Shown piece by piece: positions 46,992 through 55,317 of a DNA stretch of 64,000 nucleotides (the first letter of the stretch is position 1; the number at the start of each line of letters is the position of its first letter). A model generated the notes under the pieces. It worked only from the letters and a program-made list of their open reading frames with translations. It had not been told where the DNA came from and ran no database searches. The stretch is from Candidatus Flemingiibacterium sp. (GTDB lineage: Bacteria; Bacillota; Clostridia; Oscillospirales; CAG-272), in NCBI GenBank assembly GCA_045636145.1, contig JAZTWV010000047.1, forward strand, positions 11,101-75,100, written 5' to 3'. Both the position numbers and the translations under genes were made by a program.

Positions 46992-47020
46992 TTGACTTTT
47001 GCACCAAAAAAATGTATAAT
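46992..47020 (+). promoter_or_regulatory. nusB promoter TTGACT-17-TATAAT
   Basis: TTGACT at 46992-46997, TATAAT at 47015-47020. Confidence 0.65.
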
Positions 47021-47100
47021 ATATTATGTGTAGCTATTTCTATGTATAATCATGCGGTGATCCTCCAAAAAAGAGGGCACAGCATATATGAAAGATGGTC

Positions 47101-47137
47101 TGAAAGGAAGCTTTCGCTTCGCGAAAGCATTGGTTAT
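47101..47137 (+). promoter_or_regulatory. SD-hairpin leader motif, copy 1 (upstream of nusB)
   Basis: TGAAAGGAAGCTTTCGCTTCGCGAAAGCATTGGTTAT. An 8-bp stem (GCTTTCGC/GCGAAAGC) with a 3-nt loop lies between GAAAGGAA and the ATG at 47143. Confidence 0.6.
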
Positions 47138-47142
47138 TTGCA

Positions 47143-47598
47143 ATGGAAGAAAACATCAAAGCTCCGATAACACGTCATACGGCGCGCGAGTATGTATTTG
47201 CGCTCCTGTTTGCAAGGGCGTTCTCTCCGGATGAGCCGGCAGATGAATTTTACGCCCTTGAGCTTGAAAATGCCGAGATAGAGTTCGGAGATCAGATAGA
47301 TTATGTTCACGACGTATTTTTCGGTATCACGGACAACCTTACCGAGATAGACGAGAAAATTTCCGCGGCGGCAGAGGGATGGGCACTCAGCCGTATTGCC
47401 AAGGTTACACTTGCAATTATGCGCGTGTGCGTTTTTGAAATGATGAACGTCTCCGATGTCCCGAAGCGCGTTGCTCTTAACGAAGCGGTGGAGCTTGCAA
47501 AGAAATATGACGACGATAATGCTCCGGCGTTCATAAACGGTGTACTTAACACAATTTCACACGCTTTGCCTGACCGTCCCTGCGATATTGATTCATGA
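47143..47598 (+). CDS. nusB: Transcription antitermination factor NusB
   Basis: 151 aa. TRHTAREYVFALLF... and NGVLNTI motifs. An in-frame stop at 47101 leaves this ATG as the only possible start. Confidence 0.9.
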   Translation: MEENIKAPITRHTAREYVFALLFARAFSPDEPADEFYALELENAEIEFGDQIDYVHDVFFGITDNLTEIDEKISAAAEGWALSRIAKVTLAIMRVCVFEMMNVSDVPKRVALNEAVELAKKYDDDNAPAFINGVLNTISHALPDRPCDIDS

Positions 47599-48557
47599 AA
47601 CGCTTTTACATCGGTATAGACACATCGAATTATACCACCTCGTGTGCTCTTTTCGATACTGACGAATGCAGGTTTCATTCAAACGTAAAGCGGCTCCTCG
47701 GCGTTTTGGATGGGGAGCGCGGACTGCGTCAAAGCGATGCGGTGTTTGCGCATATAAAGAATTTGCCGTCGGTTACTGCCGAAGCATTTTGTGATATTGT
47801 CCCCGAAGCACTGTGCGCCGTTGGCGTATCTTATGCTCCGAGAGATGCGGAAGGCTCCTATATGCCATGCTTTCTTTCCGGTGTGGCGGCGGCTTCCACA
47901 CTTGCAAATGCCGTGAAAAAGCCTCTCCACCGATTTTCTCATCAGGCAGGGCACATTATGGCGGCGGTTTGGTCTGCAAATGCCAAAGATTTGCTGAACC
48001 GTGAATTTATCGCTTTCCACGTATCGGGAGGCACTACGGAAATCCTTCGGGTCACTCCAAAGGCGGTTGGCTTTGACATAGCGAAGCTTGGCGGAACGGC
48101 TGACCTTAACGCAGGTCAGTGCATTGACCGTGTGGGCGTTGCCATGGGGCTTAGTTTTCCCTGCGGACCGAAGCTTGAGACGCTTGCCCTTGAAAACACG
48201 GAGAAGCTTCCAAAGCCGAAGCTTTCGGTAAAAGGATGCGAGTGCAACCTTTCAGGCGTTGAAAACACGGCGGTAAGACTGCTTGGGGAGGGCAAATCTC
48301 CGGAATATGTGTCAGCGTATGTGCTTGATTTTATCGGGCGCACACTTATAGAGCTTACCAAAAACGCCCTTGACGGCACGGATATGCCTGTACTGTATGC
48401 AGGCGGTGTTATGAGTAATTCCATTATCAAAAGCATGATATCAGAGTGCGGATTTGACGCAAGATTTGCAAAACCCGAATATTCAAGCGACAATGCCGCA
48501 GGCTGTGCGCTTCTGTGCGCGGCGGCGGAGGAGGGATGGGAGTTTTGGACGAAATAA
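47595..48557 (+). CDS. Kae1/TsaD-like (glycoprotease/peptidase M22 fold) protein
   Basis: 320 aa. ASKHA-fold start YIGIDTSNYTTSCAL, SHQAGHI (HxxGH-like) and YAGGVMSN. Shorter and more divergent than a canonical TsaD. Confidence 0.55.
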   Translation: MKRFYIGIDTSNYTTSCALFDTDECRFHSNVKRLLGVLDGERGLRQSDAVFAHIKNLPSVTAEAFCDIVPEALCAVGVSYAPRDAEGSYMPCFLSGVAAASTLANAVKKPLHRFSHQAGHIMAAVWSANAKDLLNREFIAFHVSGGTTEILRVTPKAVGFDIAKLGGTADLNAGQCIDRVGVAMGLSFPCGPKLETLALENTEKLPKPKLSVKGCECNLSGVENTAVRLLGEGKSPEYVSAYVLDFIGRTLIELTKNALDGTDMPVLYAGGVMSNSIIKSMISECGFDARFAKPEYSSDNAAGCALLCAAAEEGWEFWTK

Positions 48558-49801
48558 ACGAAAATGCTCCCGTGGCGGAGGATAAAGGCAGAGCGGTGCT
48601 GACTATTGCACAGCTTAACGCCTATGTAAAACAGCTTATTGACGGTGACGGACTGCTTGCAAACGTCTTTGTCAAGGGCGAGATATCGAATTTCACAAAT
48701 CACTATAAAACGGGGCATTTTTATTTTACCCTTAAAGACCCGGACAGCCTTATCCGTGCCGTTATGTTTAAAAGTGCCGCGGCAAGGCTTAAATTTCTCC
48801 CCGAAAACGGCATGAAAGTCATTGTCAGAGGCCGTGTTTCAGCATTTGTACGTGACGGACAGTATCAGATATATGTGGAGAGCATGGAGCCGGACGGAGT
48901 TGGCAGTCTTTACATTGCATTTGAGCAGCTTAAGCGCAAGCTTGAAGCGGAGGGACTGTTTTCGCCTGCGAGAAAACGTCCGATTCCCAAAATACCCACA
49001 CGAATAGGCATAATTACCTCGCCCACAGGCGCGGCGGTCAGAGACATGATAAATATAACGCGAAGGAGATTCCCCTATGCCAAGCTTACCTTGTTTCCTT
49101 CGCTGGTACAGGGACCGGGGGCGGCGGCACAGCTTATCTCCGGTGTAAATCATTTTAACGCCGCAAAAAGCGTTGATGTAATCATTATCGGACGGGGCGG
49201 CGGCTCTATTGAGGATTTGTGGGCGTTCAATGACGAGACGCTCGCAAGAACGGTTGCCGCAAGCGAAATACCGGTAATAAGCGCAGTGGGACACGAAACG
49301 GATTTCACCATCTGCGATTTTGCGGCAGATGTGCGCGCTCCCACCCCCTCGGCGGCGGCAGAGCTTGCTGTGCCGGATACGGAAGAGCTGCTTCGTAAGA
49401 TAAACAACATTGTGGGGCATATGGAGCTGGCACTGACCAAGAATATCGGTATGCAGAGAACAAGACTTGAACAGCTTGCAAAGAGTAGGGCACTTACTTC
49501 CCCGCAGAATTTTATTGATGACAAGCGTATGGCGGTGCTGTCGCTTGCCGGACGTATGGAGCAGGGAATCAAGCTGTCGCTTACAAACAAGCGCGGCAGA
49601 TTTGCCTCGCTCACGGCATCTCTTGAAGCTCTTAATCCTATGTCTGTAATCTCCCGCGGATATTCTGCGGTCTTTGACGATTCGGGCAAGCTTGTAAAGA
49701 GCACTAAACAGATAAAAAAAGGCGACCGTTTCAAATTCCGTACAACTGACGGAAGCGTCATTGGAGAAGCGGTTGAGGTCATAACCGATAAAAAGGTGTG
49801 A
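48536..49801 (+). CDS. xseA: Exodeoxyribonuclease VII large subunit
   Basis: LTIAQLNAYVKQLI...GEISNFTNHYKTGHFYFTLKD (OB fold), GIITSPTGAAVRD, GRGGGSIEDLW. The start is uncertain between 48515 and 48536. Confidence 0.85.
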   Translation: MGVLDEINENAPVAEDKGRAVLTIAQLNAYVKQLIDGDGLLANVFVKGEISNFTNHYKTGHFYFTLKDPDSLIRAVMFKSAAARLKFLPENGMKVIVRGRVSAFVRDGQYQIYVESMEPDGVGSLYIAFEQLKRKLEAEGLFSPARKRPIPKIPTRIGIITSPTGAAVRDMINITRRRFPYAKLTLFPSLVQGPGAAAQLISGVNHFNAAKSVDVIIIGRGGGSIEDLWAFNDETLARTVAASEIPVISAVGHETDFTICDFAADVRAPTPSAAAELAVPDTEELLRKINNIVGHMELALTKNIGMQRTRLEQLAKSRALTSPQNFIDDKRMAVLSLAGRMEQGIKLSLTNKRGRFASLTASLEALNPMSVISRGYSAVFDDSGKLVKSTKQIKKGDRFKFRTTDGSVIGEAVEVITDKKV

Positions 49802-49825
49802 AGACAGAAAGGAATGGTCGTAACC

Positions 49826-50074
49826 ATGGAAAATAATAAGGAGCTTGCTTTTGAGGAAGCACTTGCAAGACTTGAGGAGATCGTTCGCGCCCTTGACGGC
49901 GGTGCCGCACCTCTTGATGAGTCTTTGGCACTGTTTGAAGAGGGTGTTCGGCTTGTTAAGCTGTGCTCCGCAAAGCTTGACGGCGCAGAGCAGAGAGTAA
50001 AGATACTTGTACGCGGTGAGGACGGAACGGTTTCGGAAGAAGATCTTCCCCCCATGCAGGAGGGCGGCAGATGA
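49826..50074 (+). CDS. xseB: Exodeoxyribonuclease VII small subunit
   Basis: FEEALARLEEIVRALD...LDESLALFEEGVRLVKLC. The start is either the second ATG (49826) or 49814. Confidence 0.85.
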   Translation: MENNKELAFEEALARLEEIVRALDGGAAPLDESLALFEEGVRLVKLCSAKLDGAEQRVKILVRGEDGTVSEEDLPPMQEGGR

Positions 50075-50982
50075 CCGGCTTTGAGATTGAAAAACTGCTT
50101 TCTGTTGGTGCGGATGCGGTTGAATCGGTGCTTTCGGAATATGCGGCAGGCGATGATGAAAAGTTCGGCGTTATTTACGAAGCGGTACGCTACAGTCTGC
50201 TTGGCGGCGGAAAACGGCTTAGACCGTTTATAGTTCTTCAGTTTGCGCTTCTTGCGGCGGCAGAGAGCGGTGCTGACCCGGAGCGTGCTTATATGGCAGC
50301 GCTTCCGTATGCATCGGCACTTGAAATGATACACACATATTCACTTATACACGACGACCTGCCGTGTATGGATAACGACGACCTTCGCCGCGGAAAGCCT
50401 ACAAGCCACATAAAATTCGGCGAGGCGAATGCACTGCTTGCAGGCGATGCGCTTCTCACCCGTTCTTTCGGTGTTGCGGTGTCAAATGCCTACGCGTCTC
50501 CCGAAACAAACTGCCTTGCGGCGGCACTGCTTTCGGAATGTGCAGGTATGGGCGGCATGATCGGCGGTCAGGTGCTTGATCTTATAGGTGAGAGTGAGCA
50601 CTTCGACATGGAAACTCTTGAGCGGCTTCAGTCGCTTAAGACCGGCGAGCTTATAAGATGTGCGGCTCTTCTCGGATGCTATGCAGGTGGTGCTTCGGAA
50701 AAAATGTGCGAGGCGGCGGAAAAATACGCGATGGGAATCGGAAGAGCATTCCAGGTTATAGATGATATTCTTGATGCCACCGGAGACGAAAAACTGCTGG
50801 GTAAGCCTATCGGAAGTGACAGGGAAAGCGGTAAAACCACATTTCTCACGTTTATGACCATCGACGAAGCGCGTGCTTATGCCGCGAGTCTTACAGAGAA
50901 TGCAAAGGCGGCGGTAGAAAGCTTCTGCGGCTCGGAAATACTGTGTGCCCTTGCAGATTATTTGTTGACAAGGAAGAAATAA
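50071..50982 (+). CDS. ispA: Polyprenyl (farnesyl/geranylgeranyl) diphosphate synthase
   Basis: LIHDDLPCMDNDDLRRG (first Asp-rich motif) and FQVIDDILD (second). Confidence 0.85.
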   Translation: MTGFEIEKLLSVGADAVESVLSEYAAGDDEKFGVIYEAVRYSLLGGGKRLRPFIVLQFALLAAAESGADPERAYMAALPYASALEMIHTYSLIHDDLPCMDNDDLRRGKPTSHIKFGEANALLAGDALLTRSFGVAVSNAYASPETNCLAAALLSECAGMGGMIGGQVLDLIGESEHFDMETLERLQSLKTGELIRCAALLGCYAGGASEKMCEAAEKYAMGIGRAFQVIDDILDATGDEKLLGKPIGSDRESGKTTFLTFMTIDEARAYAASLTENAKAAVESFCGSEILCALADYLLTRKK

Positions 50983-51435
50983 ATGGAGTACGTTACAGGC
51001 TTTTTTACAAACTATATTTTGGTATGCGCACTTATCGGTTGGTTTGGTGCGCAGTTTATAAAGTGTGTCAGATACATAGCAAGACACAAAAGTTTCAGTT
51101 TTGCTGTGATCATGTCTTCGGGTGGGATGCCAAGCTCACACTCCGCCACAGTAAGTGCCCTTGTGGTTTCTGCGGCAAAGCTGTGCGGTACATCGTCACC
51201 TGAATTTGCTCTTGCGTTTATACTTGCCTTTATTGTTATGTATGATGCGGCAGGCGTAAGGAGAGCGGCAGGAGAGCAGGCTAAAGTGCTTAACCGAATT
51301 GCACACGATATTTCGCTTGGCGATACAAAATACCTTGATAAGAATCTTAAGGAGCTTATCGGTCATACACCTCTGCAGGTGGTAATGGGAGCTTTGCTTG
51401 GTATTGCCATAGGCGTGATCGTGCCCGTATTTTGA
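50983..51435 (+). CDS. Divergent PAP2 family membrane protein (DUF212)
   Basis: 150 aa. GGMPSSHSATVSAL motif. Confidence 0.7.
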   Translation: MEYVTGFFTNYILVCALIGWFGAQFIKCVRYIARHKSFSFAVIMSSGGMPSSHSATVSALVVSAAKLCGTSSPEFALAFILAFIVMYDAAGVRRAAGEQAKVLNRIAHDISLGDTKYLDKNLKELIGHTPLQVVMGALLGIAIGVIVPVF

Positions 51436-52208
51436 TAATGCGTATCGATAAATATTTATTTGAGCACGGATTTGCCAAAAGCCGAGAGGCGGCAAAGCGA
51501 ATGATCGGCGAGGGAATCGTTGAGCTTGACGGCAGAATCGTAAGTAAGGCTTCCGAGGATGCCGGAGATGAAAGCAGTGTCCGTATTGTTGGAGAAACCC
51601 TGCGGTATGTGAGCCGCGGAGGACTTAAGCTTGAGCGTGCACTTGAGGCATTTTCGCTTGATGCTTCTGGACTTGACTGCGTTGACATCGGTGCTTCCAC
51701 GGGAGGATTCACAGACTGTCTTCTAAAAAACGGTGCGGCGCGTGTTCGCTGTGTTGATGTGGGGCGTTCCCAACTTGACGAAAGTCTTGCCAAGGACTGC
51801 CGCGTTGTGTCCTTTGAAGGAATGAACGCACGGTACATTACAGCCGATGATATCGGAGGCAGGTGTGATCTTGCGGTGTGCGACGTGTCCTTTATCTCGC
51901 TGACGCTTATTATGCCGGCTGTTGCAGGACTTTTGCGTGAGGGCGGAAAATTTGTGGCACTTATAAAGCCGCAGTTTGAAGCAGGGCGTGCAAATATCGA
52001 AAAAAACGGTATTGTCAAAGACAGAAACGTCCATACGGAGGTTATTTTACGGGTCCTTGATTTTGCCGAGACGTTGGGACTTTACTGCGGTGATCTTACG
52101 GTGTCCCCCATATACGGCGGTGACGGAAACCGTGAGTATCTTGCCTATTTTGACGGTATTGGCGGCTTTGACAAGGCTAATATAAAAAACATCGTGTATG
52201 ATACATGA
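51432..52208 (+). CDS. tlyA: TlyA family rRNA 2'-O-methyltransferase
   Basis: S4-like start RIDKYLFEHGFAKSREAAKRMI and SAM motif DIGASTGGFTDCLL. Confidence 0.85.
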   Translation: MIMRIDKYLFEHGFAKSREAAKRMIGEGIVELDGRIVSKASEDAGDESSVRIVGETLRYVSRGGLKLERALEAFSLDASGLDCVDIGASTGGFTDCLLKNGAARVRCVDVGRSQLDESLAKDCRVVSFEGMNARYITADDIGGRCDLAVCDVSFISLTLIMPAVAGLLREGGKFVALIKPQFEAGRANIEKNGIVKDRNVHTEVILRVLDFAETLGLYCGDLTVSPIYGGDGNREYLAYFDGIGGFDKANIKNIVYDT

Positions 52209-52242
52209 TTTTACATTCAAACACAGATGAGGTTGTGATTTT

Positions 52243-53103
52243 TTGAAAGCTATCGGAATATATCAGGATCCCAAAAACGATGTGGATTTTCTCGGAACAC
52301 TCAGGGTAATAAACGCGCTTGGCGGCAGGTGGCAGGTGATTATGCACCGCTCTCTTCGGGATAAGCTGTGTGCCGCACTCAGTGATGATGTGTGCCGTGC
52401 CATATACTTTGCGGATGATGCGGAGCTGTTCAGTGCACCCGACATGATGATCGTGCTCGGCGGCGACGGAACAATACTCAAAGCCGCGCGAAGCTGTGCC
52501 GCAGGAAATATACCGATTCTCGGAATAAATCTCGGGCGTATCGGCTACATGGCGGAGCTTGAGCTTGACGAGCTTTCAGCTTTTGACAGGCTCCAGAGCG
52601 GTGATTATAAAGTAGAGCGCCGCATGATGCTTGAAGCGGATATAGGCGGTGAGCGTCTGTTTGCACTTAACGAAGCCGTGGTTGGCGGCGCGTCAATTTT
52701 CCGCATTGTGGAAATTGAGCTTTACTGCGACGGCAAGCCGGTGAACTCCTACAGAGCGGACGGACTTATCGCATCCACCCCAACAGGCTCTACCGCATAC
52801 TCAATGTCCGCAGGCGGTGCGGTGGTTGACCCGCGCATGGAGGCACTTCTCATAACGCCAATATGTTCCCACTCTCTTAATGCTACGCCGCTTGTGTTTT
52901 CCGCAGAGTCGGAGCTTCGTATGAAAAACATTACGGTGCGTGAGGAAAAGCTCTATATAAATATTGACGGCTGTGAGACTAGGACGCTTTCTTTCGGAGA
53001 ATCGGTGACATTTCGCCGCTCTGCTGAGACAGTAAGCTTTATACGACTTAAGGACGGCGGATTTTATGATGTGCTCCGTCACAAAATGGCGGACAGACAC
53101 TAA
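52243..53103 (+). CDS. nadK: NAD kinase
   Basis: VLGGDGTIL and NLGRIGYM motifs. TTG start. Confidence 0.85.
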   Translation: MKAIGIYQDPKNDVDFLGTLRVINALGGRWQVIMHRSLRDKLCAALSDDVCRAIYFADDAELFSAPDMMIVLGGDGTILKAARSCAAGNIPILGINLGRIGYMAELELDELSAFDRLQSGDYKVERRMMLEADIGGERLFALNEAVVGGASIFRIVEIELYCDGKPVNSYRADGLIASTPTGSTAYSMSAGGAVVDPRMEALLITPICSHSLNATPLVFSAESELRMKNITVREEKLYINIDGCETRTLSFGESVTFRRSAETVSFIRLKDGGFYDVLRHKMADRH

Positions 53104-53115
53104 AGGGGAATTAGC

Positions 53116-53571
53116 ATGAAATACAATCGTCAGGCTGAGATAATATCTATAATCAGTGAAAATCAAATAGAGACCCAGGAAGAATTGTCAGAATGCCTCA
53201 GACAAAGAGGCTTTATGGTTACACAAGCTACGATTTCAAGAGATATCCGCGAAATGAAGCTTGTTAAGGTTGCCGGTGGTGGCAAGTATGTGTATGCACT
53301 GCCGCAGACTGAGGAGCGCGGTATCAGCCAAAAGGCACGAAATCTTCTTGTGGAGACTGTGGAAAATGTAGACCGTGCCAACAATATTGCGGTTGTAAAA
53401 ACCTATGCCGGTATGGCACAGGGCGCGGCGGCTGCCATTGATTCCATGGGTCGCTCGGATATTGTGGGAAGCGTTGCGGGGGATGACACGATCATTATCG
53501 TAATGCGTACAAACGATGCGGCGCAGTCACTTTGCGATGAGCTTTGTGAAATAGTAAACGGCGGAAGATGA
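53116..53571 (+). CDS. argR: Arginine repressor
   Basis: 151 aa. RQAEIISIISENQIETQEELSECL...VTQATISRDIREM, and a C-terminal GDDTIIIV motif. Confidence 0.9.
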   Translation: MKYNRQAEIISIISENQIETQEELSECLRQRGFMVTQATISRDIREMKLVKVAGGGKYVYALPQTEERGISQKARNLLVETVENVDRANNIAVVKTYAGMAQGAAAAIDSMGRSDIVGSVAGDDTIIIVMRTNDAAQSLCDELCEIVNGGR

Positions 53572-53592
53572 TTTTTCCACGGACGAAAGGCG

Positions 53593-55293
53593 GTGAGGTC
53601 TTTGCTGTACTCACTTCATATTGAAAACATAGCGGTCATAAAGTCCGCGAGTATTGATTTTAGCGGCGGTTTCAGCGTGCTTACAGGTGAGACCGGTGCA
53701 GGTAAATCCATAATAATTGATAGTATAAATCTTATATGCGGCGCAAAGCAGTCACGCGAGCTTATAAGAAACGGCGAGGACAGTGCACGGGTTTCCGCAG
53801 TGTTCGGTGAGCTTTCGGGTCACGCGGCACGCGCCCTTGATGAGCTTGGCATTCCTGCCGACGAAGACGGTATGATAATGTTCGAGCGCACACTTACCAC
53901 TCAGGGCAAATCCGTATCACGTGCCAACGGACGGACAATACCGCAGTCGCTTCAGCGTGAGGCTATGAAATATCTTATCGGTATACACGGTCAGCACGAT
54001 AATATGGCACTGCTTATGCCGGAAAATCATATTATTTATCTTGATGAGTTCGCGGATATAGAACAGCCCCTCTTAAAATATCAGGAGAGCTACGAGCGGT
54101 ACTGCGAATTAAAACGAAAGATTGCGGAGCTTCGCTCAGGCGAGCGTGAAAAGGCGCAGAAGCTGGAATTTCTTCGGTATCAGATCGAGGAGATCGAGGC
54201 GGTTAAGCTGAAGCCCGACGAGGAAGAAAAGCTTCTTGCAAGGCGCGCCAAGCTTCAGAACAGCGAGCGGATAACAATGCTTTCCGATACGGTATATTCA
54301 CTTCTTTACCGCAACGAAAAGGGGACGGCGGCACTTGATAAGGTTAAAAAGGCGGAGCGTGCCTTGGAGGCACTTGCACCTATAATGGATGATGCCGATT
54401 CGCTCATATCGAGACTTGATTCCATAACGTATGAGCTTGAAGATATAGCCCTTACCATTGACGCGCTTCGGGACGACGAATATGATGACCCAACGGCAGA
54501 GCTTGACAGAGTCGAGACCCGTCTTGATAAAATATCGAGAATTGAGCGCAAATACGGAGATACGGTCCCCGAAGTGCTGGCGTTTCTTGATAAAGCCAAG
54601 GCGGAGCTTGAAGAAACAGAGCTTTCCGAGGAGAATTTAGCTTCTGCGGAGGCAGAGCTTGCAGCTTTACTTGCCGAAATGGCGAAGATGGCAGATGAGC
54701 TATCCGAAAAACGCCTTGGTGCGGCAAAAAAGCTTGAGACGGAAATAATACGTGAGCTTTCCTATCTTGAAATGGGCGGTGTTAGCTTCTCTGTCTCGGT
54801 AAAGCGGCGGGTTGAATCCGACGGCGGTGTGGCGTATGCAAAACGGGGGGCTGACGACGTTGAATTTATGATATCCACAAACAAGGGCGAGCCACTGAAG
54901 CCTCTTGCGAGGATTGCATCGGGCGGTGAGCTTTCAAGAATAATGCTTACGGTTAAGACCGTGCTTGCGGAGAAGGATTCCCCGGGTACGCTGATATTCG
55001 ATGAGGTTGACACGGGTGTGTCGGGAAAGACCTCGGAGAAGATCGGCATAAAGCTTCGAGAGCTTGCAGGACTTGGCGGACAGGTTTTGTGTGTTACCCA
55101 TTCCGCGCAGATAGCGGCGAGGGCAGAAAATCACTACCTTATTGAAAAACGCGAGGTTGACGGCAGGGTGCACACATCGGTAACACCGCTTGACGGTGAC
55201 GGAAGAGTCAGAGAAACTGCGCGCATCATGGGCGGTATAAACATTACCGATAAGCTTATTGAAACAGCGCGTGAAATGATAAATCAAAAATAA
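53593..55293 (+). CDS. recN: DNA repair protein RecN
   Basis: LHIENIAVIK..., Walker A GETGAGKSIIIDS, coiled-coil centre, signature ASGGELSRIML, Walker B LIFDEVD. The start may be the TTG at 53602. Confidence 0.9.
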   Translation: MRSLLYSLHIENIAVIKSASIDFSGGFSVLTGETGAGKSIIIDSINLICGAKQSRELIRNGEDSARVSAVFGELSGHAARALDELGIPADEDGMIMFERTLTTQGKSVSRANGRTIPQSLQREAMKYLIGIHGQHDNMALLMPENHIIYLDEFADIEQPLLKYQESYERYCELKRKIAELRSGEREKAQKLEFLRYQIEEIEAVKLKPDEEEKLLARRAKLQNSERITMLSDTVYSLLYRNEKGTAALDKVKKAERALEALAPIMDDADSLISRLDSITYELEDIALTIDALRDDEYDDPTAELDRVETRLDKISRIERKYGDTVPEVLAFLDKAKAELEETELSEENLASAEAELAALLAEMAKMADELSEKRLGAAKKLETEIIRELSYLEMGGVSFSVSVKRRVESDGGVAYAKRGADDVEFMISTNKGEPLKPLARIASGGELSRIMLTVKTVLAEKDSPGTLIFDEVDTGVSGKTSEKIGIKLRELAGLGGQVLCVTHSAQIAARAENHYLIEKREVDGRVHTSVTPLDGDGRVRETARIMGGINITDKLIETAREMINQK

Positions 55294-55317
55294 ATCTTAA
55301 AAGGATGGTAAATAAAA

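Noticed and set aside
47101-47137. Reading the nusB/whiA leader motif as a conserved peptide (ERKLSLRES I/Y GY), since two of the four nucleotide differences are synonymous in that frame.
   Set aside because: In the nusB copy that frame belongs to an ORF that would have to start inside or upstream of the nusB promoter, with no SD. The frame relative to the downstream gene differs between the two copies. An RNA/DNA-level motif is the simpler explanation.
49150-50334. A 394-aa minus-strand ORF, along with similar long antisense ORFs at 22067-23233, 43204-44277, 27744-28676, 38437-39228, 16506-17180, 51356-52018 and 56394-57182.
   Set aside because: Each lies exactly opposite a well-supported gene (xseA/xseB/ispA, nrdD, the SLH gene, carB, DUF1846, rnfA/E, tlyA, HAD). 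They are low-complexity (Ser/Ala/Arg/Cys-rich), lack SD sequences and carry no recognisable motifs. These are typical shadow ORFs.
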